A DNA stretch of 64,000 bases from an uncultured Acidimicrobiia bacterium (GCA_963836205.1 CAWIIV010000006.1:32001-96000), one strand, 5' to 3'; counted from the stretch's first letter, positions 48,291-61,002 are shown. Numbers and translations: made by a program. The notes: generated from the sequence alone by a model not told the origin.

Positions 48291-51200
48291 TCAGCCGATG
48301 GCGCGGCGGACGGTGCGGGTGGCGACGACGAGGGCGTCGAGGCGGAGGGTGGGCTCGGCGTCGATGCGGCGGAGGAGGGCGGTCATCTCGGCCGAGTGGC
48401 GGGTCTGGGCGGCCAGGAACTTCGCCACCGCCTCGCCGACCTCCACGTCGGAGGCCGCCGCGAGGGCCCGGCGGGCGGCCTGGCGGCGGAGGTCGTCGAG
48501 GTCGTCGAGCAGGCCCCGGATGGCGTCGTGCGACCACCGGTCGCCCTCTTGGACGGCCACGTTGCGGAGGCGCTCCACGAGTTGGTCGATGCCCAGCGCC
48601 TCCTCCACCGCCACCAACGCTTTCGCCACGCCAATCACGGGCCGGCCGGTGTCGCGGGCCACCTCGGCCACGTCGGCCACCATCTCCAGCTCGCCGATGC
48701 ACGCCCACCGCACGGCAGCGTCGGGCTCGATCCCGTCGTCGACCAAAACCTCGGCCAGGCGGGCTCGCCGGCGGTGGCGGAGGGCGGTCTCCAACTCCGG
48801 CAAGCGCCGCCTCCAGTACCGAGGCGGTGGGACGGTCCCGGGCGACGACGGCGGCGATGTCGGCGCCCACCGCCCCGACGGAGGTAGTCACGGGTCAGCG
48901 ACTCGAGCACCGTCCGCACGACGGTCACCTGCTCGTGCACCAGCCGCCGGCCCAGCCCCCCTTCGCCGTCGAGGTCACGCCACCAGGCCGCCGCCCCGAC
49001 CACGTCCCGCGCGATCCACCAGGCGGCGGCCACCTCGGCCTGGTTCGACCGGGTGTCGGCCGCCAATCGGGAGGCGAACGTGACTCCCATGCGGTCGACC
49101 ACCTCGTTGGCGACCACCGACGAGATCAGCTCCCGGCGCAGGCGGTGACGGTCGAAGAGGTGACCCCAGCGGGCAGCGAGCCGGGCGGGGAAGTACGACT
49201 CCAGCGCCGCCCGCAACGCGGGCTGGTCGGGCATCCCCGACGCCAGCAGGGCCGCAGTCAGCCCCCGCTTGGCGCCGGCCAGCAGCACCGCCAGCTCGGG
49301 ACGGGTCAGGCCGGCGCCGGCCCGGGCCCGGGCCGCCATCTCCGCCGTGGTCGGCAGTGCCTCCACCGCCCGGTCGAGGACGCCCGCCTGGCCCAGCTCC
49401 ACCATCAGGCGCTCGATCGCCCCCACCCGACCGGCACTCGCGGCGGTGGCCCACGTCAGGGCCATGCTCTGGCGGGCGCTGTCGTGCAGGACCGCCGCCA
49501 CCACGTCGTCGCACACATCGGCCAGCACCGAGTCCCGCTCGGCCGCCGTCATCTCGCCCGCCTCCACCGCCGGCCGCAGGAGGATCTTGAGGTTGACCTC
49601 CCGGTCGGAGATGTCGACGCCGGCCGAGTTGTCGATGGCATCGGTGTTGATGTGCCCACCCCGGCGGGCGTACTCGATGCGGGCCCGCTGGGTGAAGGCC
49701 AGGTTGGCCCCCTCCCCCACCACCCGGGCCCGCACCTGTGACCCCGTCACCCGGACCTCGGCGTTGGCCCGGTCATCGATCTCCCGGTCGGGCTCGTCGC
49801 TGGCCCGCACGAACGTCCCCACCCCGCCGGCGAAGAGCAGCCCGACCGGCGCCTGGAGGATGGCCCGGATCAGCTCCGGCGGGGAAAGCTGCTCCACCGA
49901 CGGGTCGAGCCGCAGCGCGCCCCGGACCTGGGCGCTCACCGGGATGCGCTTGTCGAGCCGTGACCACACCCCTCCGCCGGCGGAGATGAGCGAACGGTCG
50001 TAGTCCTGCCACGAGGATCGGGGCACCGCGAACAGCCGGGCCCGCTCCCGGTAGGAGGCCGTCGGGTCGGGGTCGGGGTCGAGGAAGATGTCGCGGTGGT
50101 CGAAGGCGGCCACCAGCCGGATGCGGTCGGACTGGAGCATGGCGTTGCCGAACACGTCGCCCGACATGTCGCCGATGCCCGCAACGGTCACCGGCTCGGC
50201 CCCGCCGTCCCCCTCGACGTCGAGGTCGATGTCGAGCTCGGCGAAGTGGTGGCGCACGGCCACCCACGCCCCCCGGGCGGTGATGCCCAGCTTCTTGTGG
50301 TCGTAGCCCCGCGACCCTCCCGAGGCGAAAGCGTCGCCCAGCCAGAACCCGTGCTCCTCGCTCAACCGGTTGGCCAGGTCGGAGAAGGTGGCGGTGCCCC
50401 GGTCGGCGGCCACGACCAGGTAGGGGTCGTCGCCGTCACGCCGGCGGGGGATGCCCACCACCCGGTTGCCGACCACGTTGTCGGTGACCTCCAGCAGGCT
50501 GGACACGAAGATCTCGTAGCCCCGGCGCACGTCGACCCCTCCGTCGCGGCGCACCACGAACCCGCCTTTGGCCCCGGTGGGCACGATGACGGCGTTCTTC
50601 AACACCTGGGCCCGCATGAGTCCCAGCACCTCGCTGCGGTAGTCGTCGGGCCTTTCGCTCCACCGGATCCCGCCCCGAGCCACCGGCCCCCACCGCAGGT
50701 GGACGCCCTCCACGTCGGGTCCGTAGACGAAGATCTCCCGGTAGGGGACGGGCCGGGGGATGTCGGGCACCGCCGCGCTGTCGAACTTCAGGGCCAGGTG
50801 CGACCCCTGCCCCGCGCCCAGGTAGCGGTTCGTACGCAGGGTGGCGTCGACCAGGGCGAGAAAGCCCCGGAGGATGCGGTCGTGGTCGAGGCGGGGGACG
50901 GCGTCGCAGCCGTCGACGATCCGGTGTCGCAGCTCCTCCGCGATCGACGTGCCCGCTGCCCGCACGGGGTCGAAGCGGGCCTCGAACAGCTCGAGAATCG
51001 CCCGGGTGACGACGGCGTTGTCGACGAGCACGTCGTTGACGTACTGGCTGGTGAACGTCGTCCCCACCTGGCTGCGGTAGCGGCGGTAGGCCCGGAGGAC
51101 GGCCACGTCGTCCCACGGCACGCCCGCCCGCAGCACCAGCCGGTTGAGGGAGTCGACCTCGGTTCGGCGGTCCCACATGGCCAGGGCGGCCTCGGCCAGC

Positions 51201-53026
51201 CGGCGGCCGTCCCCCTCGATGTCGAGGGCCCGACCGGTGGGGTCGGTGACGGCGAAGTCGTGCAGGTGGGCGGAGGCCTCGGCCGAGCCGAGGGTGTACG
51301 GCACCTCCTCGACGGCCCACAGACCCAGGCTCTCGATGATGGGCAGGAACCGGGACAGCTCCACCGCCCGGCCCCGGCTGAACACCTTCAATCGGGCGTG
51401 GGCCCCGCCCTGCGGGTCGAGCGCGAGCACAACCGCGACGTCGCGGTCGGCGGCGAAGAGCGCGTCGAGCTGGAGGACGTCGTCGACCGCGGCCGGGGCG
51501 TGGACCGCGTCCCGGTACCGGGAGGGGAACCAGTCGGCCCAGGCGTGGGCCAGGCGAGTGGCCCGGCCGTCGCCCACCCGGTCGGCCAGGGCCTGGGCCA
51601 GCTCCTCGTCCCACGTGCGGCACAGCAGACGCACCTCCCGCTCGAGTGCGTGCAGCGGCGGCTCAGGGAGGGGGCCGTCGACCTGCACCACCAGCCGGGC
51701 GATCACGTCGGCGCCCTCGACCAGGGAGACGTTGGCGTCGACCCGGGTGCCGTCGAGCTGGGCCACGAGGAAGCGCTCGATGCGCTGGCGCAGGGCGGTG
51801 GAGTAGAGCTCCGGGGGGACGGAGAGCAGGGCCGACACAGTGTGGTCGGCCGGCTCCACCTGGAGCATGACCTGGACGTCGTTGGTCTGCTCGGCCGCGG
51901 CCAGGCCCATGATGACGCCCCGCAGGGTCTCCACGTCGGCCTCGAACAGCTCTTCCTTGGGCAGGACCTGGAACAGCGACACGAGCGTGTTCTCGTCGTA
52001 GCCACCCGCGACCACGTCCTCCAGCTCGAGGATGCGGCGGAGCTTGAACCGCAGCATCGGGGTGACGACCGCAGGCTCGGCCGCCGCCTTGCGGCTGAAG
52101 ACGCCCACCACCCGGAAGCTGCCCACCACCTGGCCCTCGGGGCCCACGTCGACCGCGTCGATGCGGTGCATCGGCACCTGGCGGTGGACGGTGCTGATCT
52201 CGGCCGTGCGCACGATGCGGACCGGCTGGTCGGGCGCGGCGGCACCGGCTGCACCGGCGGCAGCGGCGGCTTCGACCTCGGCGGGCGGCGGCGGCTCGGT
52301 GGGAATGCCGAGGATGTCGAGGACCTCGGCGCCAACCCGCCGGCAGCACCCCTCGAGCACGAAGTTGTCGTCGAGGAGCCACTCCAGGAGGTCGGCCCCC
52401 TCGGCCACCTCCTCGGCCGGGTAGCGGAGGGCGGCGTGGGCCCGCAGCCGGGCGGCGGCGGCGGACACCTGCTCCCGCATGGCCAGGAAGTCGCCGGTGG
52501 CCGAGAACACGTCGCCGAGAACCGCCTGGAGCGCGCTCACCAACGGACGCCGGGCCTCCGGGGCCACCCGTCCCCCCAGCTCGGCCTGGAGGAACGACTC
52601 CCGGTGCTCGGCGTCGCGGGCGGGGAGGATGGCGCGCAGCCGCCCGTCCGCACCCCGCTCGCTGCCGAAGACGGGGTGGAGCATGCGGGTCACCTTGTGG
52701 CCCAGGCGGTGGAGCTCCTCCTTCACCGTGGTCACGATGAACTGGCGGTCCTCGCAGTTGACCTGGACGACGGTGCCGGTGGAGTGCCAGCCGTCGATCG
52801 TCACCCGGGGGTCGACCAGGCGCACCCGGATCTCGCCCGGCGGGCGGGCGTCGACGAAGTCGAAGGCGTCGACCAGGGCCACCGCGACGGAGACCTGGTC
52901 GCCGTCGTCCAGCTCCTCGGCCGGCACCCGCCGGAGCACCGCCCGGGCGAAGGCCTCGGCCAGGACGCCCCTCTCCCCCGGCGGGCCCACCAGGGCGAGC
53001 ATCGGCTCGAGCGCGTCCTCCTCCAT
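48291..53026 (-). CDS. gdhB: Large NAD-specific glutamate dehydrogenase (indels near 48810-48880)
   Basis: 'EGVHLR.GPVARGGIRWS', 'KNAVIVPTGAKGGF', 'DDPYLVVAADRGTATFSD', 'GIGDMSGDVFGN', 'NTDAIDNSAGV'. Confidence 0.92.
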
Positions 53027-53949
53027 CACGCGGCGCGGACCAGGTCGCGCACCTTGGCCAGGCGGTCGAACGACGCCAAGACCTCGTCGTGGTCGTCCGC
53101 CAGGTGGCGGACAAGGACGTCGGTGTAGCCCAGCTCGCCCAGGCGGAGGAAGGCCTCCGCCACCTCCTCGGGGCCGCCCACCACCGGCGCGTCCGGCGGC
53201 AGGCCCCGGTAGCCGGCGGCGACGACGGGGTCGGCCACCCGGTGGGCGTCGGCCGAATCGGCCCCCACGTGGACGTCGCGGCGGATGGCAACCACGCCCG
53301 GCGGCCGGCCGAGGGCGGCTCGCCGGTCGAGGTAGGTGTCGGCCTGGGTCCGGGCCTCGTCGAGCGGTAGCCATGGGCCCGCGATCCACCCGTCGCCCAG
53401 GCGGGCGGCGCGGTCGATGCCCTTGGGCGCGCCCGCCCCGATCCACACGTCGACGGGCGTGGGCGGGAGCGGTCCGACGCGAGCATCCGCGATGCGCACC
53501 GGCCGCTCCTCGCTCACCGTCTCCCCGGCCAGGAGGCGGCGGACGATGTCGAGGGAGGCCTCCAGGTCGCCCGCCCGCCGGCCGAGGGTCGCGCCCATGC
53601 CCGCGAACTGGGCCTCCCCGTCGCCCAGTCCGACCTGGAGGACGAACGGCCCCCGAGCCAGGGCGGCCAGGGTGCCGACCTGCTCCGCCACCAGCACCGG
53701 GTGCCAGAGAGGCAGGAGGAACAGCGCCCCCGCCGGCCGGTCGCCCCATTCCCCCAGCAGCCGGCCGAGGATGGGGACGTTCTGGAGATAGTTCGAGCCG
53801 GTGACGTGGTGGTCGCCCACGAACAGCGAGTCGAGGCCGGCGGCCCGGGCGGCCCGGGTGCGCTCCACCATGCGCCGGACCGCCACCCGGGGCTCGACCG
53901 CTCCGTATCCGCTCCGCAGCGATACACCGACTCGCATCGGGAGCATCAT
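53026..53949 (-). CDS. LLM-class flavin/F420-dependent oxidoreductase
   Basis: 'GLDSLFVGDHH', 'LLPLWHPVLVAEQ.GTL', 'VWIGA....DRAARLGDGW'. Confidence 0.88.
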   Translation of the reverse strand: MMLPMRVGVSLRSGYGAVEPRVAVRRMVERTRAARAAGLDSLFVGDHHVTGSNYLQNVPILGRLLGEWGDRPAGALFLLPLWHPVLVAEQVGTLAALARGPFVLQVGLGDGEAQFAGMGATLGRRAGDLEASLDIVRRLLAGETVSEERPVRIADARVGPLPPTPVDVWIGAGAPKGIDRAARLGDGWIAGPWLPLDEARTQADTYLDRRAALGRPPGVVAIRRDVHVGADSADAHRVADPVVAAGYRGLPPDAPVVGGPEEVAEAFLRLGELGYTDVLVRHLADDHDEVLASFDRLAKVRDLVRAA

Positions 53950-55913
53950 GGCCCGTCGCCCGCCGCCCCGCCGTCGGCAGCGAAGTCGATGAAGAAGCGC
54001 AGGGCATCGGGGTTGGCCATGCCGTCGACGGTGACCACCCTCTGCCACGGTTCGCCCAGGAGGATGCGCTTGACCGGCACCTCCAGCTTCTTGCCGTTGA
54101 GGGTGCGGGGCACCTCGGCCACGGCCACGATCTCGTCGGGGACGTGGCGGGGCGAGAGCTCGGCCCGCAGGCGGCGGCCGATGGTGGCCCGCAGGTCGTC
54201 GTCGAGGTCGGCCCCTTCGGCCAGGACCACGAACAGCCAGCAGCGGCCGTCGTGGCCCAGCCGGCCGGTGTCGACCACCAGGCTGTCGACGATCCGGTCG
54301 AGGTCCTCCACCACCCGGTACAGCTCGCTGGTGCCGATGCGCACGCCGCCCCGGTTGAGGGTGGAGTCCGACCGCCCGTAGATCACGCAACTGCCCCGCT
54401 CGGTGATCCGGATCCAGTCGCCGTGGCGCCAGACGCCGGGGTAGGTGTCGAAGTAGGCGGTCCGGTAGCGGGCGTGGTCGTCGTCGCCCCACAGGAACAC
54501 CGGCATCGACGGCATGGGCTCGGTGACCACCAGCTCGCCGACCTGGTCGACGACGGGCTTGCCGTCGTCGTCGAAGGCGTCGACGGCCGCCCCCAGGTAC
54601 CGGCACTGGATCTCGCCCGCCACCACCGGCAGGACCGGGCACGAGCCGACGAAGGCGGTGCACACGTCGGTGCCACCGCTGACCGATCCGAGGGCGAGGT
54701 CGGGCTTGACCTGGTCGTAGACCCACCGGAACCCCTCCGGGCTGAGCGGCGCGCCCGTCGACCCCAGGCCCCGCAGCCGGGAGAGGTCGGCCACCTCCCG
54801 GGGGACGACGCCCGCCTTCAGGCACGACTGGACGTAGGCCGCGCTGACCCCGAAGTAGGTCGTGCCGGTGTCCTCGGCCATCCGCCACAGCGCGCCGAGG
54901 TCGGGGGCGGCCGGGGCTGCCGTCGTAGAGCACCACGGTAGTACCGACGAGCAGGCCGCCGACCAGCAGGTTCCACATCATCCAGCCGGTGGAGCTGAAC
55001 CAGAAGAAGCGGTCGTCGCGGCCCAGGTCGTGGTGCAGGGAGAGCGCCTTGAGGTGCTCGAGGACGATGCCCCCGTGGCCGTGGACCAGCGCCTTGGGCA
55101 GGCCGGTGGTGCCCGACGAGTAGAGGACCCAAAGGGGATGGTCGAACGGGACCCGCTCCACCGCGAGGTCGGCGCCGACGCCGGCCGCGGCCAGGTCGTC
55201 GAAGCGGACACCGTCCATCGGGAGGCCGACGTTGGCCACGGTCGACCACCGCCTCCACGCTGGGGAGGTTGCGGGCCAGCTCGGCCACCTCCGGCCGGCG
55301 GTCGTAGACGGTGCCCCGGTAGAGGTAGCCGTCGGCCGCCACCAGCACCTTGGGCTCGATCTGGCGGAAGCGGTCGAGGACGGCCGTCACCCCGAAGTCG
55401 GGCGAGCACGACGACCAGATCGCGCCCAGGCTGGCGGTGGCGAGGAAGGCGATCAGCGTCTCGGGGACGTTCGGGGCGTACGCCGCCACCCGGTCGCCCC
55501 GCCCGACGCCGAGGCCGCGCAGCCCGGCCGCCACCTCCGCCACCCGTCGCCGCAGGTCGCGGTGGCTGATCGTCTCCGGGGGACGACCACCTGGCTCGGA
55601 GCGGAACTCGACCGCCGGCCGGTCGTCGTCCCACCGCAGGGCCTGCTCGGCGTAGTTCAGCTCCGCATCGGGGAACCACCGGGCCCCGGGCATGGTGCGG
55701 TCGGCGAGGACGGTGCCGCCCCGGGTGCCCGGGCACGTCGAAGTAGTCCCAGATCGACGCCCAGAACCCGTCCAGGTCGTCGACCGACCACCGCCAAAGG
55801 TCGTCGTAGGACTCGAAGCCCATGCTCCGCATGTACCGGGACAGGTTGGTGGTGGCGACCGCCTCCGCCGACGGCTGGTAAAGGACGTCGACGATGTTGG
55901 GGGTGGCGGTCAC
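53946..55913 (-). CDS. Acetoacetate-CoA ligase (3 indels)
   Basis: 'WFPDAELNYAE', 'WSSCSPDFG', 'YSSGTTGLPK', 'TGWMMWN', 'SGGTDVCTAF', 'GRSDSTLNRGGVRIG', 'GKKLEVPVK'. Confidence 0.92.
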
Positions 55914-56374
55914 GGCCGGATCACGTCGGGCTCGTCGAGGAGGAGCAGCGTCTGGGCCGACTGCACCTCGGGCATGGCCTGGAGCCCCTCGAGGATCACG
56001 TCCCGGAGGTGGTCGACGTCGGGGGCCCGCACCAGCAGGACGTAGTCGAACGAGCCCGTGCTCAGGGCCAGCCACTCGACCCCGGGCAGCCGGCGCAGCC
56101 GTTCCGACACGCCCCGCCACGAGTGCTGGGCCACGCTGACGAGCACCAGGGCGGCGATGGGCAGGCCCATCTTGCGGGGGTCGACGTCGACCGTGAAGCG
56201 CCGGATCACACCGCTTTCCCGCAGCCGGGCCAGGCGCTGGTAGGCGGTGGCGCGGGACACGTTGACCCGGGCCGCGAGCTCGTTCACCGACAGCCGGCCG
56301 TCGACCCGAAGCTCCTCGACCACCCGCCGATCGACAGGGTCCAGCTGGACGCTTTGCTCCGTCAGCTCGGTCAC
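55910..56374 (-). CDS. Lrp/AsnC-family regulator
   Basis: 'LDPVDRR....L..DGR.S..ELA..V.VSR.T...R..RL...GVI', 'TG.FD'. Confidence 0.92.
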   Translation of the reverse strand: MTELTEQSVQLDPVDRRVVEELRVDGRLSVNELAARVNVSRATAYQRLARLRESGVIRRFTVDVDPRKMGLPIAALVLVSVAQHSWRGVSERLRRLPGVEWLALSTGSFDYVLLVRAPDVDHLRDVILEGLQAMPEVQSAQTLLLLDEPDVIRP

Positions 56375-56442
56375 ACTTCCAGTATGTATCGAATTCTCCC
56401 CGTTGGCTATACATACCGCGCCCATCGGCCGACACTGGTCCC

Positions 56443-57372
56443 GTGGCCACAGGGTCGCTCTACGCACCTGTCGTGCGGGACGGACAGGGTGAGGTCGAGG
56501 TCGTCCTCGGCCCCGGACACCCCGGGTTCCACGACGCCGACTACCGCCGCCGGCGCAACGATCTCGCCGCCCTCTCCGTCGACTGGAAGGCGGGCGACCC
56601 CGTCCCCCGGGCCGACTACTCCGTGGCCGAGCACGAGGTGTGGCGCATCATCGCCCGCGAGCTGGCACCCCTCCACCACGCCCACGCCTGCCGGGCGTTC
56701 CTCGAGGCCAAGGAGGAGCTCGGCCTTCCCGCCGACCACGTCCCCCAGCTGACCGAGGTGACCCGCCTCCTCCGGCCGGTCACCGCCAAAGGAAAGCCAG
56801 CATTCCGGTACCACCCCGTCGCCGGCCTTGCTCCGTTGCGGGACTTCTACGGCTCCTTCGCCGACTCCGTCTTCTTCAGCACGCAGTACCTCCGCCACCC
56901 GTCGCAGCCGCTCTACACACCCGAGCCCGACATCGTCCACGAGGTGGTGGGCCACGCCAACCAGCTGGCCTGCCCCGAGCTGGCCGACCTCTACCGGCTG
57001 GTGGGCGGGGCGGTGGCCCGGTGCCGGACCGACGAGGCCCTCCAGCTGCTGTCCCGGGTCTTCTGGTTCTCGTTGGAGTTCGGGCTGGTCGAGGAGGACG
57101 GCGAGCCCAAGGCCTACGGCGCCGGGATCCTCTCGTCGTGCGGGGAGACGGCCACGTTCCTCGGCGCCGACATCCGCGCCCTCGACATCGGTGAGATGGC
57201 GGCCGTTCCCTACGACATCACCCGCTTCCAGCCGGTGCTGTTCGCGGCCCGCTCGATGACCCACCTCACCGACACCCTGTCCGCCTTCTTCGCCGCCTAC
57301 GACGACGACACCCGCCACCTCCTCCTCCGCCACCGATCCGTCCGCCACCCTTCCGTCTGGGAGCCCGCATGA
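56443..57372 (+). CDS. phhA: Phenylalanine 4-monooxygenase
   Basis: 'STQYLRH...P.YTPEPDIVHEVVGH', 'WFSLEFGL', 'KAYGAGILSS.GE', 'YDIT.FQP'. Confidence 0.93.
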   Translation: MATGSLYAPVVRDGQGEVEVVLGPGHPGFHDADYRRRRNDLAALSVDWKAGDPVPRADYSVAEHEVWRIIARELAPLHHAHACRAFLEAKEELGLPADHVPQLTEVTRLLRPVTAKGKPAFRYHPVAGLAPLRDFYGSFADSVFFSTQYLRHPSQPLYTPEPDIVHEVVGHANQLACPELADLYRLVGGAVARCRTDEALQLLSRVFWFSLEFGLVEEDGEPKAYGAGILSSCGETATFLGADIRALDIGEMAAVPYDITRFQPVLFAARSMTHLTDTLSAFFAAYDDDTRHLLLRHRSVRHPSVWEPA

Positions 57373-58497
57373 CACTCACCGCATCGAACCCGACCGACGT
57401 CCTCACCGCCCGCGCCGCCCTCCTCGGGTGGGACGCAGTCGAGCTGTGGGTCGGCAACGCCGCGCGCGTTCGCCGGCTTCCTGGCCTCCGGCTTCGGTTT
57501 CAAGGTCACGGCCTACGCCGGCCCGGAGACGGGCTGGCCCGACCGGGCGTCGTACGTCCTCGAACAGGGACGCATCCGCTTCGTGGTCACCGCCGCCCTC
57601 ATCCCCGACTCCCCCATCGCGGCCCACGTCCGGGAGCACGGCGACGGTGTCCACAACCTGGCCCTCGCGGTCGCCGACGTCGACGGCGCCTACCGCGCCG
57701 CCGTGGAGCGGGGGGCCCGGGGCCTCGACGCGCCCCACACCGACGCCGACGCCGACGGCCTGGTGCGCTCGGCGAGCATCGCCACCTACGGGGAGACCCG
57801 GCACACGTTCGTCGACCGCTCGTCGTACCGGGGCCCCTACCTGCCCGGCTACACCACCGAGGGCCTGCCCCCGGAGCCGGCGGCGCTGGTGGTCGGCCTC
57901 GACCACGTCGACCACGTGGTGGGCAACGTCAAGCAGGGGACGCTGGAGGAGTGGGTGGGCTTCTACCGCTCGGTGCTCGGCTTCGAGCGACTGCGCCACT
58001 TCGACGACTCCCAGATCTCCACCGAGTACTCGGCCCTCATGTCGACGGTGGTGTGGGACGGCAGCCGCATCGTCCTCCCCCTGAACGAGCCGGCCAAGGG
58101 ACGGCGCAAGAGCCAGATCCAGGAGTACCTGGAGACCTACCGGGGGCCCGGCGTGCAGCACATCGCCCTCCACACCGACGACATCGTGGCCGCGGTGGCG
58201 GCCCTGCGCAGCCGGGGCGTGCGCTTCCTGACCGCCCCGCCCGCCTACTACGACGACGTCCGCACCCGGCTGGCCCACCTCGACCTGCCGTGGGACGACC
58301 TCCAGCGGCTCGGGATCATGGTCGACGAGGAGCCCGACGGCTGGTTGCTCCAGATCTTCACCGAGACCATCACCGACCGCCCCACCGTCTTCCTGGAGAT
58401 CATCCAGCGGGGCGGGGCGCGCGGCTTCGGCACCGGCAACTTCAAGGCCCTGTTCGAGGCCATCGAGCGGGAGCAGGCCCGGCGGGGCCACCTGTGA
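57369..58497 (+). CDS. hppD: 4-hydroxyphenylpyruvate dioxygenase (frameshift near 57465)
   Basis: 'WVGNA', 'HGDGV', 'DHVVGN', 'SQIQEYL..GPGVQHIA', 'LLQIFT', 'GFG.GNFKALFEAIE'. Confidence 0.95.
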
Positions 58498-58580
58498 CCC
58501 GGACCCTCGGCGGCACCCGGCCGTCGGTGGTGGGATCGTTGAGGAATGGCCATCAGGCGCGCGCCCAACGGACGGTACGG

Positions 58581-59834
58581 ATGACGGACGGGGCGGGCGC
58601 GGGCGGCGCCGGGTTCGGCATCGAGAACCTGCCGTTCGGCGCGGCCCGGCTGGCGGGCGGGGCCCACGCCTGCGTGAGCGCCCTGGCCGCGAAGCTGATC
58701 GACCTGTCGGTGCTCGACCGGGCGGGGTCGTTCGAGCATGTCGACCTCCCCGAGGGCGTCCTGGAGGAGGCCACTCTCAACCGGTTCCTCGCCTGCGGGC
58801 GGGAGGCGGTGGGCGCGGTCCGGGAACGGCTGGCCGAGCTGATCCGGGCCAGGGACGACCGGCTGGAATCCGCCCTCCTGCCCCGGCGGGCGGTCGACCT
58901 CCTCGTGCCGGTGGCGGTGGGCGACTTCGTCGACTTCCACGGATCGCTGCACCACGCCCTCAACATGGGCCGGCTGTTCCGCCCCGACGGCGATGCCCTC
59001 CCCCCCAACTGGCGCCGGCTGCCCCGGGCCTACCACGGGCGGGCGGGCTCGATCATGCCGACCGGCACCCCGATCATGCGGCCCTACGGGCAGGTGCCGG
59101 GCGACGAGTGGCCGGTGGTGGGCGTCACCCGCAAGCTCGACTTCGAGGTGGAGGTGGGCTTCGTCGTCGGCGTCGGCAACGAGCCGGGGCGGCCGGTACG
59201 GGCCTCCGCGTTCGCCGACCACGCCGCCGGGCTGGTGCTGGTGAACGACTGGAGCGCGCGCGACATCCAGGGCCTGGAGGCGCAGCCCCTAGGACCGTTC
59301 CTGGGCAAGTCGTTCGCAACATCGGTGTCGCCGTGGGTGATCACCTTGGACGCGCTGGAGCCGTACCGGGTGGACGGGCCCGTCCAGGACCCGAAGCCGC
59401 CGCCCTACCTCACCGCTCCGGCCCGGTCGGCGTACGACATCCGCCTGGAGGTGTCGGTCCAGAGCCAGTGGATGCGGGTCAACGACATCCCCCCGGCCGC
59501 GATCACCCACAATCGCCTGGCCGAGCAGTACTGGACGTTCCCCCAGATGCTGGCCCACGCCACGGTGAACGGGGCGTCGGTCCGTGCAGGCGACCTCTTC
59601 GCCTCGGGGACGGTGTCCGGGCCCGATCCGGGGACGGAGGGGTGTCTCATGGAGCTGGCCGCCAACGGCGAGCGCCCGGTGGCCCTGCCCGACGGCACCA
59701 CCCGGGCGTTCCTGGAGGACGGGGACATCGTCACGATCACCGGCTGGGCCGGTGGCGACCGAGATGATCGGCCCCTGCTTTGCGTCGGCGAGGTCACCGG
59801 CCAGGTGCGCGCCGCCCGCCGTCTGGAGGTGTGA
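58581..59834 (+). CDS. fahA: Fumarylacetoacetase
   Basis: 'FGIENLPFG', 'GDFVDF', 'YHGRAGS', 'LDFEVE', 'NDWSARDIQ..PLGPFLGKSF', 'SGTVSG'. Confidence 0.93.
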   Translation: MTDGAGAGGAGFGIENLPFGAARLAGGAHACVSALAAKLIDLSVLDRAGSFEHVDLPEGVLEEATLNRFLACGREAVGAVRERLAELIRARDDRLESALLPRRAVDLLVPVAVGDFVDFHGSLHHALNMGRLFRPDGDALPPNWRRLPRAYHGRAGSIMPTGTPIMRPYGQVPGDEWPVVGVTRKLDFEVEVGFVVGVGNEPGRPVRASAFADHAAGLVLVNDWSARDIQGLEAQPLGPFLGKSFATSVSPWVITLDALEPYRVDGPVQDPKPPPYLTAPARSAYDIRLEVSVQSQWMRVNDIPPAAITHNRLAEQYWTFPQMLAHATVNGASVRAGDLFASGTVSGPDPGTEGCLMELAANGERPVALPDGTTRAFLEDGDIVTITGWAGGDRDDRPLLCVGEVTGQVRAARRLEV

Positions 59835-59835
59835 C

Positions 59836-61002
59836 ATGCCGAACTACCGATCCTTGGGAGACGTCCCTCGCAAGCGCCACCTGCGGGTGGCCGGCCCCGA
59901 CGGGGGGCTGCTGTACGAGGAGCTCATGGGTGAGGAGGGCTTCTCCGGCGACTCGTCGATCCTGTATCACCGGCGGTCGCCCTCGGCGATCGTCGACGCC
60001 AAGGAGGTGCCGTTCGAGTCGCCTGGCCTGGTGGCGAACCAACCGCTGGTGCCCCACCACCTGCGGACGGGCCTGTTGGGTGTCGGCGGGGACCCCGTGA
60101 CCGGGCGGCAGGTGCTGCTCGGGAACGACGACGTGGTGCTGTCGTGGGTGGCAGCCGACACCGGGGGACCGCTGTACCGGAACGCGGTCGGGGACGAGCT
60201 GGTGTTCGTGCAGTCGGGCTCGGCCGTGCTGGAGTCGGTCTTCGGCCGGATGGCGGTGGGCCCGGGCGACTACGTGGTCGTCCCCGCGTCGACGACGCAC
60301 CGGTGGGCGCTCGGCGGCGGCGTGGTCGAGCTGTTGGTCGTGGAGGCGCGGGGCCACGTGCGGCCGCCGCGGCGTTACCTGTCGCCGACAGGGCAGTTCC
60401 TGGAGCAGGCGCCGTACTGCGAGCGCGACATCCGCAGTCCCGAGGTCCTCGTCGGCGGCGATGGCGGCCCGGTCGACGTACTCGTCCGCCATCGGGGTGG
60501 GCTGACCCGCTACGCACTGCCCTCGTCGCCCTTCGACGTGGTCGGTTGGGACGGGTGCCTCTACCCGTGGGCCCTGTCGATCCACGACTTCGAGCCCATC
60601 GTGGGCAGCATCCACCAGCCGCCCCACGTCCACCAGACATTCGAAGGCCGCGGCTTCGTCGTCTGCTCGTTCGTCCCCCGCCCCTACGACTTCCACCCGG
60701 GGGCCATCAAAGTTCCCTATCACCACGCCAACGTCGACAGCGACGAGGTGATCTTCTACTCCGCCGGCGACTTCATGAGCCGGGCCGGGTCGGGCATCGG
60801 GGTGGGGTCGATCTCGCTGCACCCGGCCGGTTTCGTCCACGGTCCGCAGCCCGGGAGCATGGAGCGGGCGGCCGACCAGGACCGCACCGAGGAGGTCGCG
60901 GTGATGATCGACACCTTCCGCCCGCTGGGGCTGGGCCCGGCCGCCTTCGCCTGCACCGACCCCGACTATCCGTGGAGTTGGGCGACCGACGGTCGGGGGT
61001 AG
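59836..61002 (+). CDS. hmgA: Homogentisate 1,2-dioxygenase
   Basis: 'P.KRH', 'EEGFS', 'PFDVVGWDG', 'HQPP.VHQTF', 'PYHHANVDSDEV', 'LHP.G..HGP.PG'. Confidence 0.93.
   Translation: MPNYRSLGDVPRKRHLRVAGPDGGLLYEELMGEEGFSGDSSILYHRRSPSAIVDAKEVPFESPGLVANQPLVPHHLRTGLLGVGGDPVTGRQVLLGNDDVVLSWVAADTGGPLYRNAVGDELVFVQSGSAVLESVFGRMAVGPGDYVVVPASTTHRWALGGGVVELLVVEARGHVRPPRRYLSPTGQFLEQAPYCERDIRSPEVLVGGDGGPVDVLVRHRGGLTRYALPSSPFDVVGWDGCLYPWALSIHDFEPIVGSIHQPPHVHQTFEGRGFVVCSFVPRPYDFHPGAIKVPYHHANVDSDEVIFYSAGDFMSRAGSGIGVGSISLHPAGFVHGPQPGSMERAADQDRTEEVAVMIDTFRPLGLGPAAFACTDPDYPWSWATDGRG

Noticed and set aside
57369-59834. 821-aa HppD-FahA fusion ORF
   Set aside because: It results from the hppD indel; hppD has its own stop at 58497 and fahA its own ATG at 58581
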